From an uncultured delta proteobacterium (GTDB lineage Bacteria > Myxococcota_A > Polyangia > Polyangiales > Polyangiaceae): a stretch of DNA of 64,000 nt. Under the pieces are notes generated by a model. It was not told the origin of the DNA. It did no database searches and saw only the letters and a list, made by a program, of their open reading frames with translations. Position numbers and translations under genes: made by a program. This document shows positions 50,044 through 59,472 of the stretch, one piece after another; position 1 is the first letter of the stretch; every line of letters begins with the position of its first letter. The stretch covers positions 321,029 to 385,028 of the forward strand of contig CAVXQJ010000016.1 of the NCBI GenBank assembly GCA_963763745.1, read 5' to 3'.

Positions 50044-51537
50044 GTCGCGATCGCGATGCCGAGCTGCTTGCGCAATTTCGCGTAGCGGTCGCTCGACACG
50101 AAGACGAGGAGATCGTCCATGCGCTCTTGCGTCTTCGTCTTGTCGTCGAGATCGAAGACGCGATTGCGCGGCGCGAAGATCGTTGGCGAGGAGGAGCCCC
50201 GCGCGGCACACCGTGCGATCGACGCCGCTCGCCCAGCGCTGCAAGTTCGTGCGCCCGCCTTCTTCGACGAAGCGCAGGAAGTGTCCGCGGAGCTGATCGA
50301 TCGCGAGCGGCTCGAGGATCGGCTCGATGGCCTTCGCGATCGGGACGACGATTTGTTTTCCGCGATCGTTCATCGGCATGCCGGGATTTCCGATCGAGAG
50401 CGCCGCGAGGAAAATGTCCTCGAGATCGGCGATGCCCGGAATGAGCGCGCGCATGAACTCCTGCGCGCGGTGATGCGCGAGGTGTTTGCCCGCGATGAAC
50501 GCGAGCTCCGCGGCGCTGCGGCCCGAGAGCGACTTGCCGCCGATCCGCGTCGCGGGCGGCATCGCCGGGGACGAGCTCGGCGGTGCCGTCGAAATCGGGA
50601 TCGACGAAGAGCGCCGGCGCGTGCATACCGAGGATCGCCGCGGCCCACGCGAAGCAGCGCACCGCTTGGATCGTCGAGGTCGCGGGGTCTTGGCGCTTCG
50701 TTGCGTCGAGCTTCGGCAGCGAGCTTGTCGCGTCGCAATGCGGAGACGCGACCGAGCAGAACGGCCGGCGCGACGACGGCGAAGATTTCGCCGACGAGCG
50801 GCTCTTCGTCCGGATGAAGGAGCAAGCGCGACCACGCGTCGGCCGTGAGCGCGGCCTTGGGCTTGATGAGCGCGGTCTCGCGAAACTGCGTTGAAGTGCG
50901 CGCGCTCGTCGGGCGACGCCTGATTCAGGATACACGAGCGCTTGCGCGACGCACCACTTGCCGTCGGCTTCGTTCTTCTTGTCGTACACGCGATAGAGCG
51001 AGTGAAGCGCCGCCTCGTCGCGCGGATCGTGTCGCAAGCGTCGTTGGAGCTCGATGGGATCGTCGTCGGGAACTTCCTTCGCGGTCACGCCCGAGAGATC
51101 GACCTCGACCGAGACGTTCGCGCGCGCCTCTTCGAGCTGCCGCTCGAGCTCGCGCGACGCGCGCCTCGAGGAGTGCACGCGACTTTTGCAGCGCGAGCGT
51201 TTGCTGATCGGTCGCGGGCCGACCGGCTGGAGCGAGGCGCGCGGCGCCTCTTGATCCTCCGCGCTCTCGTAGAGCTCCTTGATGATGACTTGATGCCGCG
51301 CCTCGTACGCCGACTGGAGCGCTTGCTCGAGCGTGCGCAGGCGCGCTTTGTCGAGGCCGAGCGAGTCGGCCATCTTGTCGAGCTTTTGCACGCTCTTCTT
51401 GCGTGATGATCCCGTCCTCGATCACCTCCGCGAAGAGCTCCTCGTACATCATCTCGAGCTTGCCGAGCCGCACGTTGCGCGGCGACCTCGCCGGGCTCGA
51501 ACGAAACTCTGTGCTCGAAATCGTCGTGTTCGCTCAT
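50040..51537 (-). pseudogene. Hypothetical protein gene broken by at least 6 frame changes (pseudogene or low-quality consensus)
   Basis: Protein-like segments alternate between all three minus-strand frames. In order they are MSEHDDFEHRVSFEPGEV, RLGKLEMMYEELFAEVIEDGIITQEERAK, QKLDKMADSLGLDKARLRTLEQALQSAYEARHQVIIKELYE, HDPRDEAALHSLYRVYDKKNEADGKWCVAQALVY, LLHPDEEPLVGEIFAVVAPAVLLGR, RCFAWAAAILGMHAPALFVDPDFDG, ELAFIAGKHLAHHRAQEFMRALIPGIADLEDIFLAALSIGNPGMPMNDRGKQIVVPIAKAIEPILEPL, and RVFDLDDKTKTQERMDDLLVFVSSDRYAKLRKQLGIAIAT. Confidence 0.45.
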
Positions 51538-51609
51538 GGTTTGGGAGCCTACTTGGTGGCACGGTCAAATTCACCTGCGCGTTACATTCGGCGAGTAGCT
51601 TGAATCGAA

Positions 51610-52301
51610 ATGGCACGCATTCTCGTGATCGAAGACGAACGCGATTTGCAGCAGGTGGTCGCGTACAACTTGCGACAAGCAGGTCACGACGTGGCGACGG
51701 CGTCGGGTGGGCAAGAGGGGCTGCGGCTCGCGCGTGAGGAGCCGCCGGATCTGGTGCTCCTCGATTTGATGCTGCCGGACATTCCGGGCACCGAGGTCTG
51801 TCGCGCGCTCAAGCGCGAGCCGGCGACGCAGGGCGCCGCGGTCGTGATGGTGACGGCGAAGGGCGAGGAGATCGATCGCGTCGTCGGGTTCGAGCTCGGC
51901 GCGGACGACTACGTCGTCAAGCCGTTCAGCGTGCGCGAGCTTCTCCTTCGCGTGCAAGCGATCCTGCGGCGCAGCTGGAGCGAGCAGCCCGTCGCGCCGA
52001 CGTTCGAGTTCGGTTGCCTGCGCGTCGATCGCGAGGCGCACCGCGTGTGGGTGGACGGGCAAGGAGGTCGAGCTCACCGCGCTCGAGTTCAAGCTCCTCG
52101 ACGACGCTCCACGATCGCCGCAACCGCGTGCAGACGCGCGGCGCGCTCCTCAGCGACGTGTGGGGCATCGACGCCGACATCACGACGCGCACCGTCGACA
52201 CGCACGTGAAGCGCCTGCGCGAGAAGCTCGGCGCCGCCGGCGAGTACATCGAGACGGTGCGCGGCGTCGGCTACCGATTCGCCGACGCGCCACCGAAGTG
52301 A
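51610..52301 (+). pseudogene. OmpR-family response regulator with two +1 frame changes in the winged-helix region
   Basis: The receiver domain is intact (VIEDERDL...[11 protein letters not shown]...VMVTAKGEE). The C-terminus is split over three frames (VWVDG / [13 protein letters not shown] / [22 protein letters not shown]...[14 protein letters not shown]...VRGVGYRF). The insertions are at gacgGgcaag and ctcGacgacg. Confidence 0.75.
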
Positions 52302-52323
52302 CGAGGCGTGCTACGACGGATTG

Positions 52324-52895
52324 ATGCGGGTCGCGGTATTGTTTGGCATGCGTCGCGTGCTCGAATGGGATCGCACCCAAGCCCGACGCGTCCGCTGACG
52401 CCACGCCGAGCGACGTCGTCGTCGGCGACGGAAATCCGTGCACAATACAACCAACTGCGACGATCCAAGGCACGTTCCTCGGCGCGACGCTCAAGCCGAA
52501 AGACGCGATTGCGCTCGTCACGCAGACGTCGGAATACGAAGTGATCGTGGCGGTGACGGATTACGCGGGCCGATGCCCGTACGGAAACGACACGAAGGCG
52601 AGCTCGAACGTGCTCGCGATCGTCTACCAACTGGACGACGCCGCTGTTGCAGCCCACGACCTTCGACCTCCAGCAGACGAAGCTCCGTGTTCGCGGAGTA
52701 CACGCAGTTCGACGGCGTATGCGGCACCTCCGCAACCGAGTCCGCGAGCTTCGGCGAACAGTGACGTACGACACCATCGACGCGTGCGGCATCACCGGGA
52801 AGTTCGATCTCACGTTCAACGCGGATCATGTGACGGGAACGTTCTCCGCACCGATCTGCAGACAACCCGCCCGATGGAGGCGCGGGGTCGTGTAA
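52324..52895 (+). pseudogene. Small secreted protein gene with several frame changes
   Basis: MRVAVLFG..CVACSNGIAPKPDAS...EYEVIVAVTDYAGRCPYGNDTKASSNVLAIVYQLDDAAV / PTTFDLQQTKL / FAEYTQFDGVCGTSATESASFGEQ / TVTYDTIDACGITGKFDLTFNADHVTGTFSAPIC are spread across three frames. Confidence 0.3.
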
Positions 52896-52906
52896 ATGAA
52901 CAAGCG

Positions 52907-54362
52907 ATGAGCGACGACGCAGACGAGCGGGCACAGCAGCGCGTCGGGAGCATGCTCAACGACAAATGGACGCTCGAACGGCTCTCGGCATCGGCGGGAT
53001 GGCGGCCGTGTACGCGGGCGTGCATCGCAACGGCGCGCGCGCCGCGGTCAAGGTGCTGCACCTGTCGCTCGCGCGGCGCACGGAGCTCCGCGAGCGGTTC
53101 TTTCGCGAAGGTTACGCCGCGAATCGCGTGGACCACTCGGGCGTCGTGAAGGTGCTCGACGACGACATCATCGAGGGCGGACCCGACGAGGGCGGCGCGT
53201 TCCTCGTGATGGAGCTCCTCGAGGGCGAGTCCGTCGAGGATCGCATGGAGCGCGGGCCGCCGATCGACGAGCGCGAGCTCCTGCGCGATCACCGCGGCCG
53301 TGCTCGACGTGCTCGCCGCCGCGCACAAGGCAGGCGTCGTCCATCGCGACTTGAAGCCGGAGAATATGTTCCTCGCGCGCGACCCGGAGAAGCCCACCGC
53401 GCCGCCGAAGATCAAGATCCTCGATTTCGGTCTGGCGCGCGTCGCCGAGGCCGGCAAACAAGACGATGGCCGGCATCGCGATCGGCACGCCGTCGTACAT
53501 GCCGCCGGAGCAAGCGGCGGGTCGCGTCTTCGAGATCGACGCGCGCTCGGATTTGTTCGCGCTCGGCGCGTCGTGCTTTCGCATTCTCGCGGGTCGCACG
53601 GTGCACCCCGCGGAGAGCGCGCTGGCGATCTGCTCGCTCATGGCGAAAGATCCAGCGCCGAAGCTCCTCACGCGTGGCGCCGAACGTGTCGCCGAAGACC
53701 GCGGCGATGGTCGATCACGCGCTCGAGTTCAAGCGCGAGGATCGTTTCCCGACGCGACCGCAATGCGCAAGGCGGTCGACGAGGCCATCGCGGATCTCGG
53801 CGGCGACACGATCGAGATCGACAGCGGCATGTACGAGGTCGAGCCGCCGCCTCCGCCGCCACCATCACCACCGCCTCCGCCTCCGCCGCCCGCGAGAGAA
53901 GAGAAACAGGAAGATCAGGAAGATCAGGAAGAAGTCGAGGTCGAGAAGAAGAAGGGTGGGGGGCTCGGGTGGGTGTTCGTGCTGCTGCTTTTGGTGGGCG
54001 GTGGCGTGGCGGCGAAGATTGCGTGGGATCGGCTTCAGCCGACGGCGCCTTTGGGCGTCGTCGATGCGGCGGGATCGGCGACGAACGTCGTCGTGGTCGA
54101 TGCGACGGTGCAAGCAGCCGTCGAAGACGTGCACGCGGAGGAAGTGCGCGAGGCGGCAAGCGAGGATGCTCCGGTCGAGGCGTCCACGGATGCAAACGTC
54201 GAAGACGGCGCGATCGACGCCACGGCGGACGTTTCCATCGACGCACCGGTCGACGCGGAAACCCTCGATGCACGAAGCACATCGATAAGTGCGCCCGACG
54301 CGGGACACCACCGCCGCGACGGCGGCGTCCACCACAACGTGCACCACGGCCACCACCACTGA
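52907..54362 (+). pseudogene. Hanks-type Ser/Thr protein kinase broken by about 5 frame changes
   Basis: The pieces are MSDDADERAQQRVGSMLNDKWTLERL (frame 2), LGIGGMAAVYAGVHRNGARAAVKVL...[14 protein letters not shown] (frame 1), [24 protein letters not shown]...[10 protein letters not shown] (frame 2), [17 protein letters not shown]...[13 protein letters not shown] (frame 0), and then a poly-Pro, TM and acidic C-terminus (frame 0). Confidence 0.7.
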
Positions 54363-56138
54363 TTGGGTTTCCAGGCGCAGCGTGTGTACAATGTGGTCGT
54401 GCAAGCGAACGCCCCGCAACCCGCGGGCGCGACCTCTCGAACCTTCGAGCGTGTCGCGGTCGTCAGAACGCTCGCGAATCGAAAGGTTCCGTCTGCGATC
54501 GTCCACGCGTTTGCGCCCACGGGCGCCGAGGTCGTCGTCGTCGAACGCCACGGGCAAGTCGACGGGGCGCTCGGGACGAGCGACCTCGACGCCATCGAAG
54601 CCGCCGCGCGCGCCGCGATGACGCTGCGTCACCCGAACGTCGCGAGCGTGCGCGACGTGTGGCGCGAGAGCGGCGAGGTGTGCGTCGCGAGCGAGTTCGT
54701 GGAAGGCGAGACGCTCGAAGAGCTTCGCCGGCTCGGGACGGGTGGCAAGGAGCTCACGCTCGAAGTCGGCGTGCGCGTCGTCGTCAATCTCCTCGCCGCG
54801 CTCAGCGCGCTTCACACGCTCGGCGCGGGGACGCTCGCGCACGGCGAGATCACCGCGAGCAACGTCATCGTCGGATTCGACGGGCTGACGCGCCTCGTGC
54901 GACCTTATCGCGGGCGCGTCGCCGGAAAAGTCGCCGAGGCCGATTGGTTTTCGTACGCCGCACCCGAAGTGATCCGCGGCGGACCCGCGTCGGTGCACGC
55001 GGATTTGTACGCGGTCGGCGTGATTCTCTGGGAGACGCTCTCGCGTCGAAAGCTTTTTCCGAAGGCCACGCGCGAGGGCCGCGCCGCGCGCAGCTTGCCC
55101 GTGGGCAAACCGTCGCCGCCGGCCGACGCGAATTGGGCCGCGCCGCTCGCGGCCGTCGCGGAGCGCGCGCTCGCGAACAATCCCGCCGCGCGTTACACGT
55201 CGGCCGCGGAGATGGCGGCTGCCGTGCGGCTCGCCGTGCGATCGAAACTGGCGATGCCACCGCGCGTCGCGGCCGCCGTGGACAAGCTCGCGGGCGAGCG
55301 CATCATCGCGCGCCGCAACACCAACGCGCTCCCCGAGGCGCTCTCGTCGCGCACGTCGGGGAGGCCGTCGCGCCCATCCGTTCCACCCGAAGCCGTGCGC
55401 GCGCTCTCCGCCATGCGACCGTCATCGCGTCCGCCAACGCCGGGCACGCCGTTCGTCGTCCCCGCGATGCCGAAGGCGGCGCCCGTTCCAACCGCGTTCG
55501 CCGCAACGCCGCCACCCGCGCCCACTGCGCCGGTGAAGCCGCGTCCGCCCGTGCCGCCGATCAAGATCGCCGATCCGACGCCGAAGCCGCCACCGGTCGC
55601 CGTCGCGCCTCCACCTCCCGTGATCGAAGAAGCGCCAATCTCGATCGATCCGTCGTTCATGAGTGAGGGCGTAGAGTCCGCGCCCGAGCCCGCGGTTGCG
55701 GCGGCTGCGCCCGTCGCGCCGCCGATCGCGCCGATCCAAGCTCCACCGACGCATGCGCCGGTCGTCGCGGAGCCGGAGGCGTTTGCTGCTGCCGGCGTTC
55801 CCCCGACGAACAAACGCGTTCCGATCATTGCGGGCGCCGCGTTGCTGCTCCTCATCGTGGCGTTCGTGATCGTGCGCGTGGCGACGAGCGGCACGAGCAC
55901 GAGCACCGCGCCATCGGCGAAGGCGTCGAGTGCACATCCGTCGTCGACGGCTCTAGCGACGAACACCGTGACCGCGCCGATGCCGTCACCGACCGAGACC
56001 GTGCCGCCACCACCGAGCGCGTCGGCGAGCGCAGAGCCCGAAACGTCAGCCGCGCCCGACAACACCGCGCCGATCCCCGACACCTCACATCGGCCGCACA
56101 CGAGACCGAGACCCACGTACGATCCCATGGGCATTTGA
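54363..56138 (+). CDS. Degenerate kinase-like protein (pseudokinase) with a Pro-rich linker and a TM helix. The start codon is uncertain (TTG at 54363 or GTG at 54399).
   Basis: It has a kinase-like fold ([43 protein letters not shown]). The HRD catalytic loop is replaced by [13 protein letters not shown] and DFG is replaced by GFDG. The intact frame runs for 1.78 kb. Confidence 0.6.
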   Translation: MGFQAQRVYNVVVQANAPQPAGATSRTFERVAVVRTLANRKVPSAIVHAFAPTGAEVVVVERHGQVDGALGTSDLDAIEAAARAAMTLRHPNVASVRDVWRESGEVCVASEFVEGETLEELRRLGTGGKELTLEVGVRVVVNLLAALSALHTLGAGTLAHGEITASNVIVGFDGLTRLVRPYRGRVAGKVAEADWFSYAAPEVIRGGPASVHADLYAVGVILWETLSRRKLFPKATREGRAARSLPVGKPSPPADANWAAPLAAVAERALANNPAARYTSAAEMAAAVRLAVRSKLAMPPRVAAAVDKLAGERIIARRNTNALPEALSSRTSGRPSRPSVPPEAVRALSAMRPSSRPPTPGTPFVVPAMPKAAPVPTAFAATPPPAPTAPVKPRPPVPPIKIADPTPKPPPVAVAPPPPVIEEAPISIDPSFMSEGVESAPEPAVAAAAPVAPPIAPIQAPPTHAPVVAEPEAFAAAGVPPTNKRVPIIAGAALLLLIVAFVIVRVATSGTSTSTAPSAKASSAHPSSTALATNTVTAPMPSPTETVPPPPSASASAEPETSAAPDNTAPIPDTSHRPHTRPRPTYDPMGI

Positions 56139-57136
56139 TGCGGAAAAAACTTCTTTCTCTCTCTTTGGCTGGCGTGCTGCTTTGCGCCTTGCCCGCGCAT
56201 GCCGCGGGCGTCGACCCCGCGAACGCCACGGCCGTGCAGCGCGAGCAAGCGCAGCAGCACTTCTTGAAGGGCAAGGACCGCTTCGATCGCAACGACATGA
56301 ACGGCGCGCTCGAAGAGTTTCGCGCGTCGCTCGAGATCGTCGCCAGCCCCAACGCGCGCCTCTACGTCGCGCGCACGCTGCGCGAAATGGGTCGGCTCGT
56401 CGAGGCGTACGCGGAGTTCGGGCGCACCGCCGCCGACGCGAAAGAGCACGAGCGCGAAGACGGACGCTACGGAAAAGCCGCGCAGGCCGCGCTCGCCGAG
56501 CGCGACGCGATCGCGCCGCAAATCGGATTCGTTCAGCTCACCATCCACAACGCAAACGACTCGACCACGGTCACGGTCGGCGGCAATACGATCGTTCGCG
56601 CGGGTTGGGCCGATCCGATTCCGGTGAAGCCTGGCAACGTCGATGTCGACGTCGCCACCTCCGGCGCCGCTGCACCCTTTCACAAGACGCTCACGCTCAG
56701 AGCCGGCGAGAGAGCACCGCTCGACGTGGACGCCAACGCGCCCGGCACCGTCGTCGCACCACCGCCGCCGAAGATCGCGGAGCCCACGACGCACAAGCCA
56801 GGGTGGATGCTCCCCGTCGCGATCGCCGGCGCGGGCGTCGGCGTCGTCGGCATGATCATGTTCGCGATCGAGGGCGTCGCGTCGAACAACACGTACTCCG
56901 ATTTGAAGAAACAATGCGGTGCGGCGCCGTGTCCGCCGTCGCTCGCGAGCGAGGTCTCCAGCGGAAAGACGCAGCAGGCGATCGCGAACGTCGGTCTCGT
57001 CATCGGCGTCGTGGGGCTCGCGGTCGGCGCGACGTTCTTCGTGCTCTGGGTCCTCCCGCAAAAATCATCGACCGCGAGCGCGAACGTCGGGCTCACCGTC
57101 GGTCCAGGGTCGCTCGGCCTCGTGGGGAGATTCTGA
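56135..57136 (+). CDS. Kinase-associated TPR/PEGA-like membrane protein (paralog 3)
   Basis: Signal peptide, TPR-like region, beta domain, TM helix and a ...LVGRF tail. Its ATG overlaps the pseudokinase stop. Confidence 0.6.
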   Translation: MMRKKLLSLSLAGVLLCALPAHAAGVDPANATAVQREQAQQHFLKGKDRFDRNDMNGALEEFRASLEIVASPNARLYVARTLREMGRLVEAYAEFGRTAADAKEHEREDGRYGKAAQAALAERDAIAPQIGFVQLTIHNANDSTTVTVGGNTIVRAGWADPIPVKPGNVDVDVATSGAAAPFHKTLTLRAGERAPLDVDANAPGTVVAPPPPKIAEPTTHKPGWMLPVAIAGAGVGVVGMIMFAIEGVASNNTYSDLKKQCGAAPCPPSLASEVSSGKTQQAIANVGLVIGVVGLAVGATFFVLWVLPQKSSTASANVGLTVGPGSLGLVGRF

Positions 57137-57141
57137 TTCGA

Positions 57142-57684
57142 ATGAGGAAGCTCTGCGCGCTCGGCGTTGCGACCGCGATGTTCCTCTGCGGCGTCGCACA
57201 CGCCGAAGAATCGATCCTCAAGAAACCGGACGAGCACCCCGACGCGTTCGCCGAGCTCGACGTGCACGGCGTCGCCGCGTACTCGGCGGGCCCGCTGCTC
57301 ATCGGTCGCAATGGCTCCGTCGGCTTCGGACCCGGCGTGCGCGCGAACCTGCGCATCCTCAAGAACGGATTCATTCCGAGCTTGAACAACAGCATCGCGA
57401 TCAGCTTCGGCGCAGACCTCGCCTTCGCCATCGACAACAGCGTGCGCCTGCTCACGCCGGTCGCGCTTCAGTGGAACTTCTGGCTCACGCAACATTGGTC
57501 CGTCTTCGGCGAGCCCGGCATCGTGATCGAATTTCCCATGAGCACGCCGAACAGCAACGCGGAGCCCATCTACGTCGCGCCGTCGCTCGACGTGGGCGCG
57601 CGCTACAACTTCAACGACCACATCACGTTCACCGTGCGGCTCGGTTATCCGACGTCGACGATCGGCGCGACCTTCTTCCTCTAG
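57142..57684 (+). CDS. Small outer-membrane beta-barrel-like protein
   Basis: Signal peptide (MRKLCALGVATAMFLCGVAHA), alternating beta-strand pattern, and an aromatic C-terminus (...GATFFL). Confidence 0.5.
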   Translation: MRKLCALGVATAMFLCGVAHAEESILKKPDEHPDAFAELDVHGVAAYSAGPLLIGRNGSVGFGPGVRANLRILKNGFIPSLNNSIAISFGADLAFAIDNSVRLLTPVALQWNFWLTQHWSVFGEPGIVIEFPMSTPNSNAEPIYVAPSLDVGARYNFNDHITFTVRLGYPTSTIGATFFL

Positions 57685-58480
57685 TGCGAGGCCTTGAGCC
57701 AGCCGATTTCGCGCGCGGTCACGGGACCGATGGCGAGCTCGTCGAGCCTGTCGAGGACCTGCTCGTCATTCGGCGAAATCGGGCGGCCGCGTGTCATGAT
57801 CTCGACGAAGCGCTGCGGATAGCGCGGCGAGAGCTCGGGCTCGGCGAGCCCGTCGGGGATTTTCGCGCGGCCGAGCTCGTCGTATTTGTCGGTCGCGTCG
57901 AGCGTGTGGAGGAGCTCGTGCGCGATCACCGCGAGCGAGAAGTCGACGGTCCCCCCGTCGAGATCGACCGTGACCATGCCGATGCGACCGCCTTGCTCGC
58001 TCGAGCCCTCGATCATGTGCTTCTTGCTCGTCGGCCGGACGCACGGTCACGTAGATGCGCGCGTCGTAGCCGCCCGCCGTGACGTGCGCGCGATCGTCGA
58101 TGTCGCTCGTCCACTTGCGAAGGTTCCACGCGTGCGATGCGAGCGCGACGATGCCATCGCCGAGCGACGGGCTCGGGCGATGCGAGCGCGACCGGCCCAA
58201 ACACGGTGAACGAAAACGGAGCGGGCGCGTTCGGCGTGAAGCGGTGAAGCTCGCTCTCGAGTCGCGCCGCGAGCGCGGGGCTGCGGTCGCGCAGCGCATC
58301 GATCGATGCGTCGTCGACCGCGCCGCTCTTCAGCACGACGACGGCGACAGACAACGTGTGGTCCCACGTCTTTCGCGCGTTCCGCGACGCGCTGTCGTGC
58401 AGCGCATATGCGACGACGACGACCAAGATCGCGAGGAGCGCGATCACGCGCACGTAGAAGTAGCGAGATCTCCGAACCAC
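57681..58480 (-). pseudogene. Membrane-anchored putative zinc-metallopeptidase-like protein (HExxH) with at least 2 frame changes
   Basis: The N-terminal TM and soluble parts are in ORF 58013..58480 (MVRRSRYFYVRVIALLAILVVVVAYAL...). The middle is in ORF 57766..58299 (HAWNLRKWTSDIDDRAHVTAGGYDARIYVTVRP). The C-terminal part in ORF 57681..58016 has AVIAHELLHTLDATDKYDELG. Confidence 0.4.
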
Positions 58481-58500
58481 CGCGTGCGAGAATACGCTCG

Positions 58501-59472
58501 ATGCGGAGATCGATCATCGCTTCGATCGTGTGCGCCTGCTCGGTGGCGTTCGCGGACGCGCAGGCCCTCAAGATCGGCACGCTCGCGCCGCCCGACTCGC
58601 CGTGGGGACAAGTCTTCAAAGTGTGGAAGCGCGCGGTGGGCGAGCGCTCGCAAGGCGCGATCGACCTTCAATTCTTCTGGAACGGTCAACAAGGCGACGA
58701 CCGCGCGATGGTCGCGAAGATTCGCACGGGTCAGCTCGACGGCGCGACGCTCGCGGGCGCGGGCCTCGGCGAGATCGATCGCCAAGTGCTCGTGCTCCAG
58801 CTCCCTGGGCTCTTTCGCGAGTGGAGCAAGCTCGACGCCGCACGAAACGACATGCACGCGGGATTCGACGCGTCGTTCGAGCGGCAAGGCTTCAAGGTGC
58901 TCGGTTGGGGCGACGTCGGCCGCGCGCACTCGATGACGAAGGGTTTTCAGATTCGCGTCCCCGCCGACGTGAAGCATCGCCGCACGTTCTATTTGCCCGG
59001 GGATCCGATCGCGCCCGTCGTCTTCGCGCTCATCGGCGACGTGACGCCGCGCCAAGTCGCGGTCCCGGAAATTCTTCCGGGGCTCACCGCAGGGACGATC
59101 GACGCGCTCACCGCGCCCGCGCTCGTCGCCGAGCAGCTGCAGTGGGCATCGCGGCTCGACAACATCGGCGAGGACGTCGCGGGGATCGGCATCGGTGCGC
59201 TCGTGTTCTCGTCGGCGCGATATCGCGCGGTGCCGGCGGACGCGCAGGCGATCATCGCCGACACCGGACGCATCGCGGGCGAAGCGCTCACGCGACGCAT
59301 TCGTGCCGAAGACGACGCCGCGCTCGTTCGCCTCGAAGCGCGTATGACGCACTACGGCCTCACGGCGACCGAGCGCGCCGAGTGGGAGAAGCTCTTCGTC
59401 GAGACGGCGCGTCGCCTACGCGGCGCAGTCTTCGACGCCGCGATCTTCGACGAAGCCATCCGTCACAAATAA
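58501..59472 (+). CDS. TRAP-transporter solute-binding protein (DctP family); orphan, with no DctQM genes adjacent
   Basis: Signal peptide, then LKIGTLAPPDSPWGQVFKVWKRAVGERSQGAIDLQFFWNGQQGDD..., typical of DctP fold class. Confidence 0.65.
   Translation: MRRSIIASIVCACSVAFADAQALKIGTLAPPDSPWGQVFKVWKRAVGERSQGAIDLQFFWNGQQGDDRAMVAKIRTGQLDGATLAGAGLGEIDRQVLVLQLPGLFREWSKLDAARNDMHAGFDASFERQGFKVLGWGDVGRAHSMTKGFQIRVPADVKHRRTFYLPGDPIAPVVFALIGDVTPRQVAVPEILPGLTAGTIDALTAPALVAEQLQWASRLDNIGEDVAGIGIGALVFSSARYRAVPADAQAIIADTGRIAGEALTRRIRAEDDAALVRLEARMTHYGLTATERAEWEKLFVETARRLRGAVFDAAIFDEAIRHK

Noticed and set aside
49756-54362. Interpreting the frameshift-dense block as a mobile element or prophage remnant
   Set aside because: There are no integrase, transposase or terminal repeats. 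The gene content (kinase, response regulator, hypothetical proteins) matches the surrounding signalling-rich chromosome. Sequence-quality damage or simple decay is more parsimonious.
54386-54392. TACAAT -10-like hexamer upstream of the GTG at 54399
   Set aside because: There is no convincing -35 element and it is too short to call in a 70 % GC genome. It may lie inside coding sequence if the TTG at 54363 is the start.
53865-54998. Possible additional gene antisense to the kinase/pseudokinase junction
   Set aside because: The translation is junk-like (Arg/Asp/His-rich) and overlaps better-supported plus-strand coding sequence.
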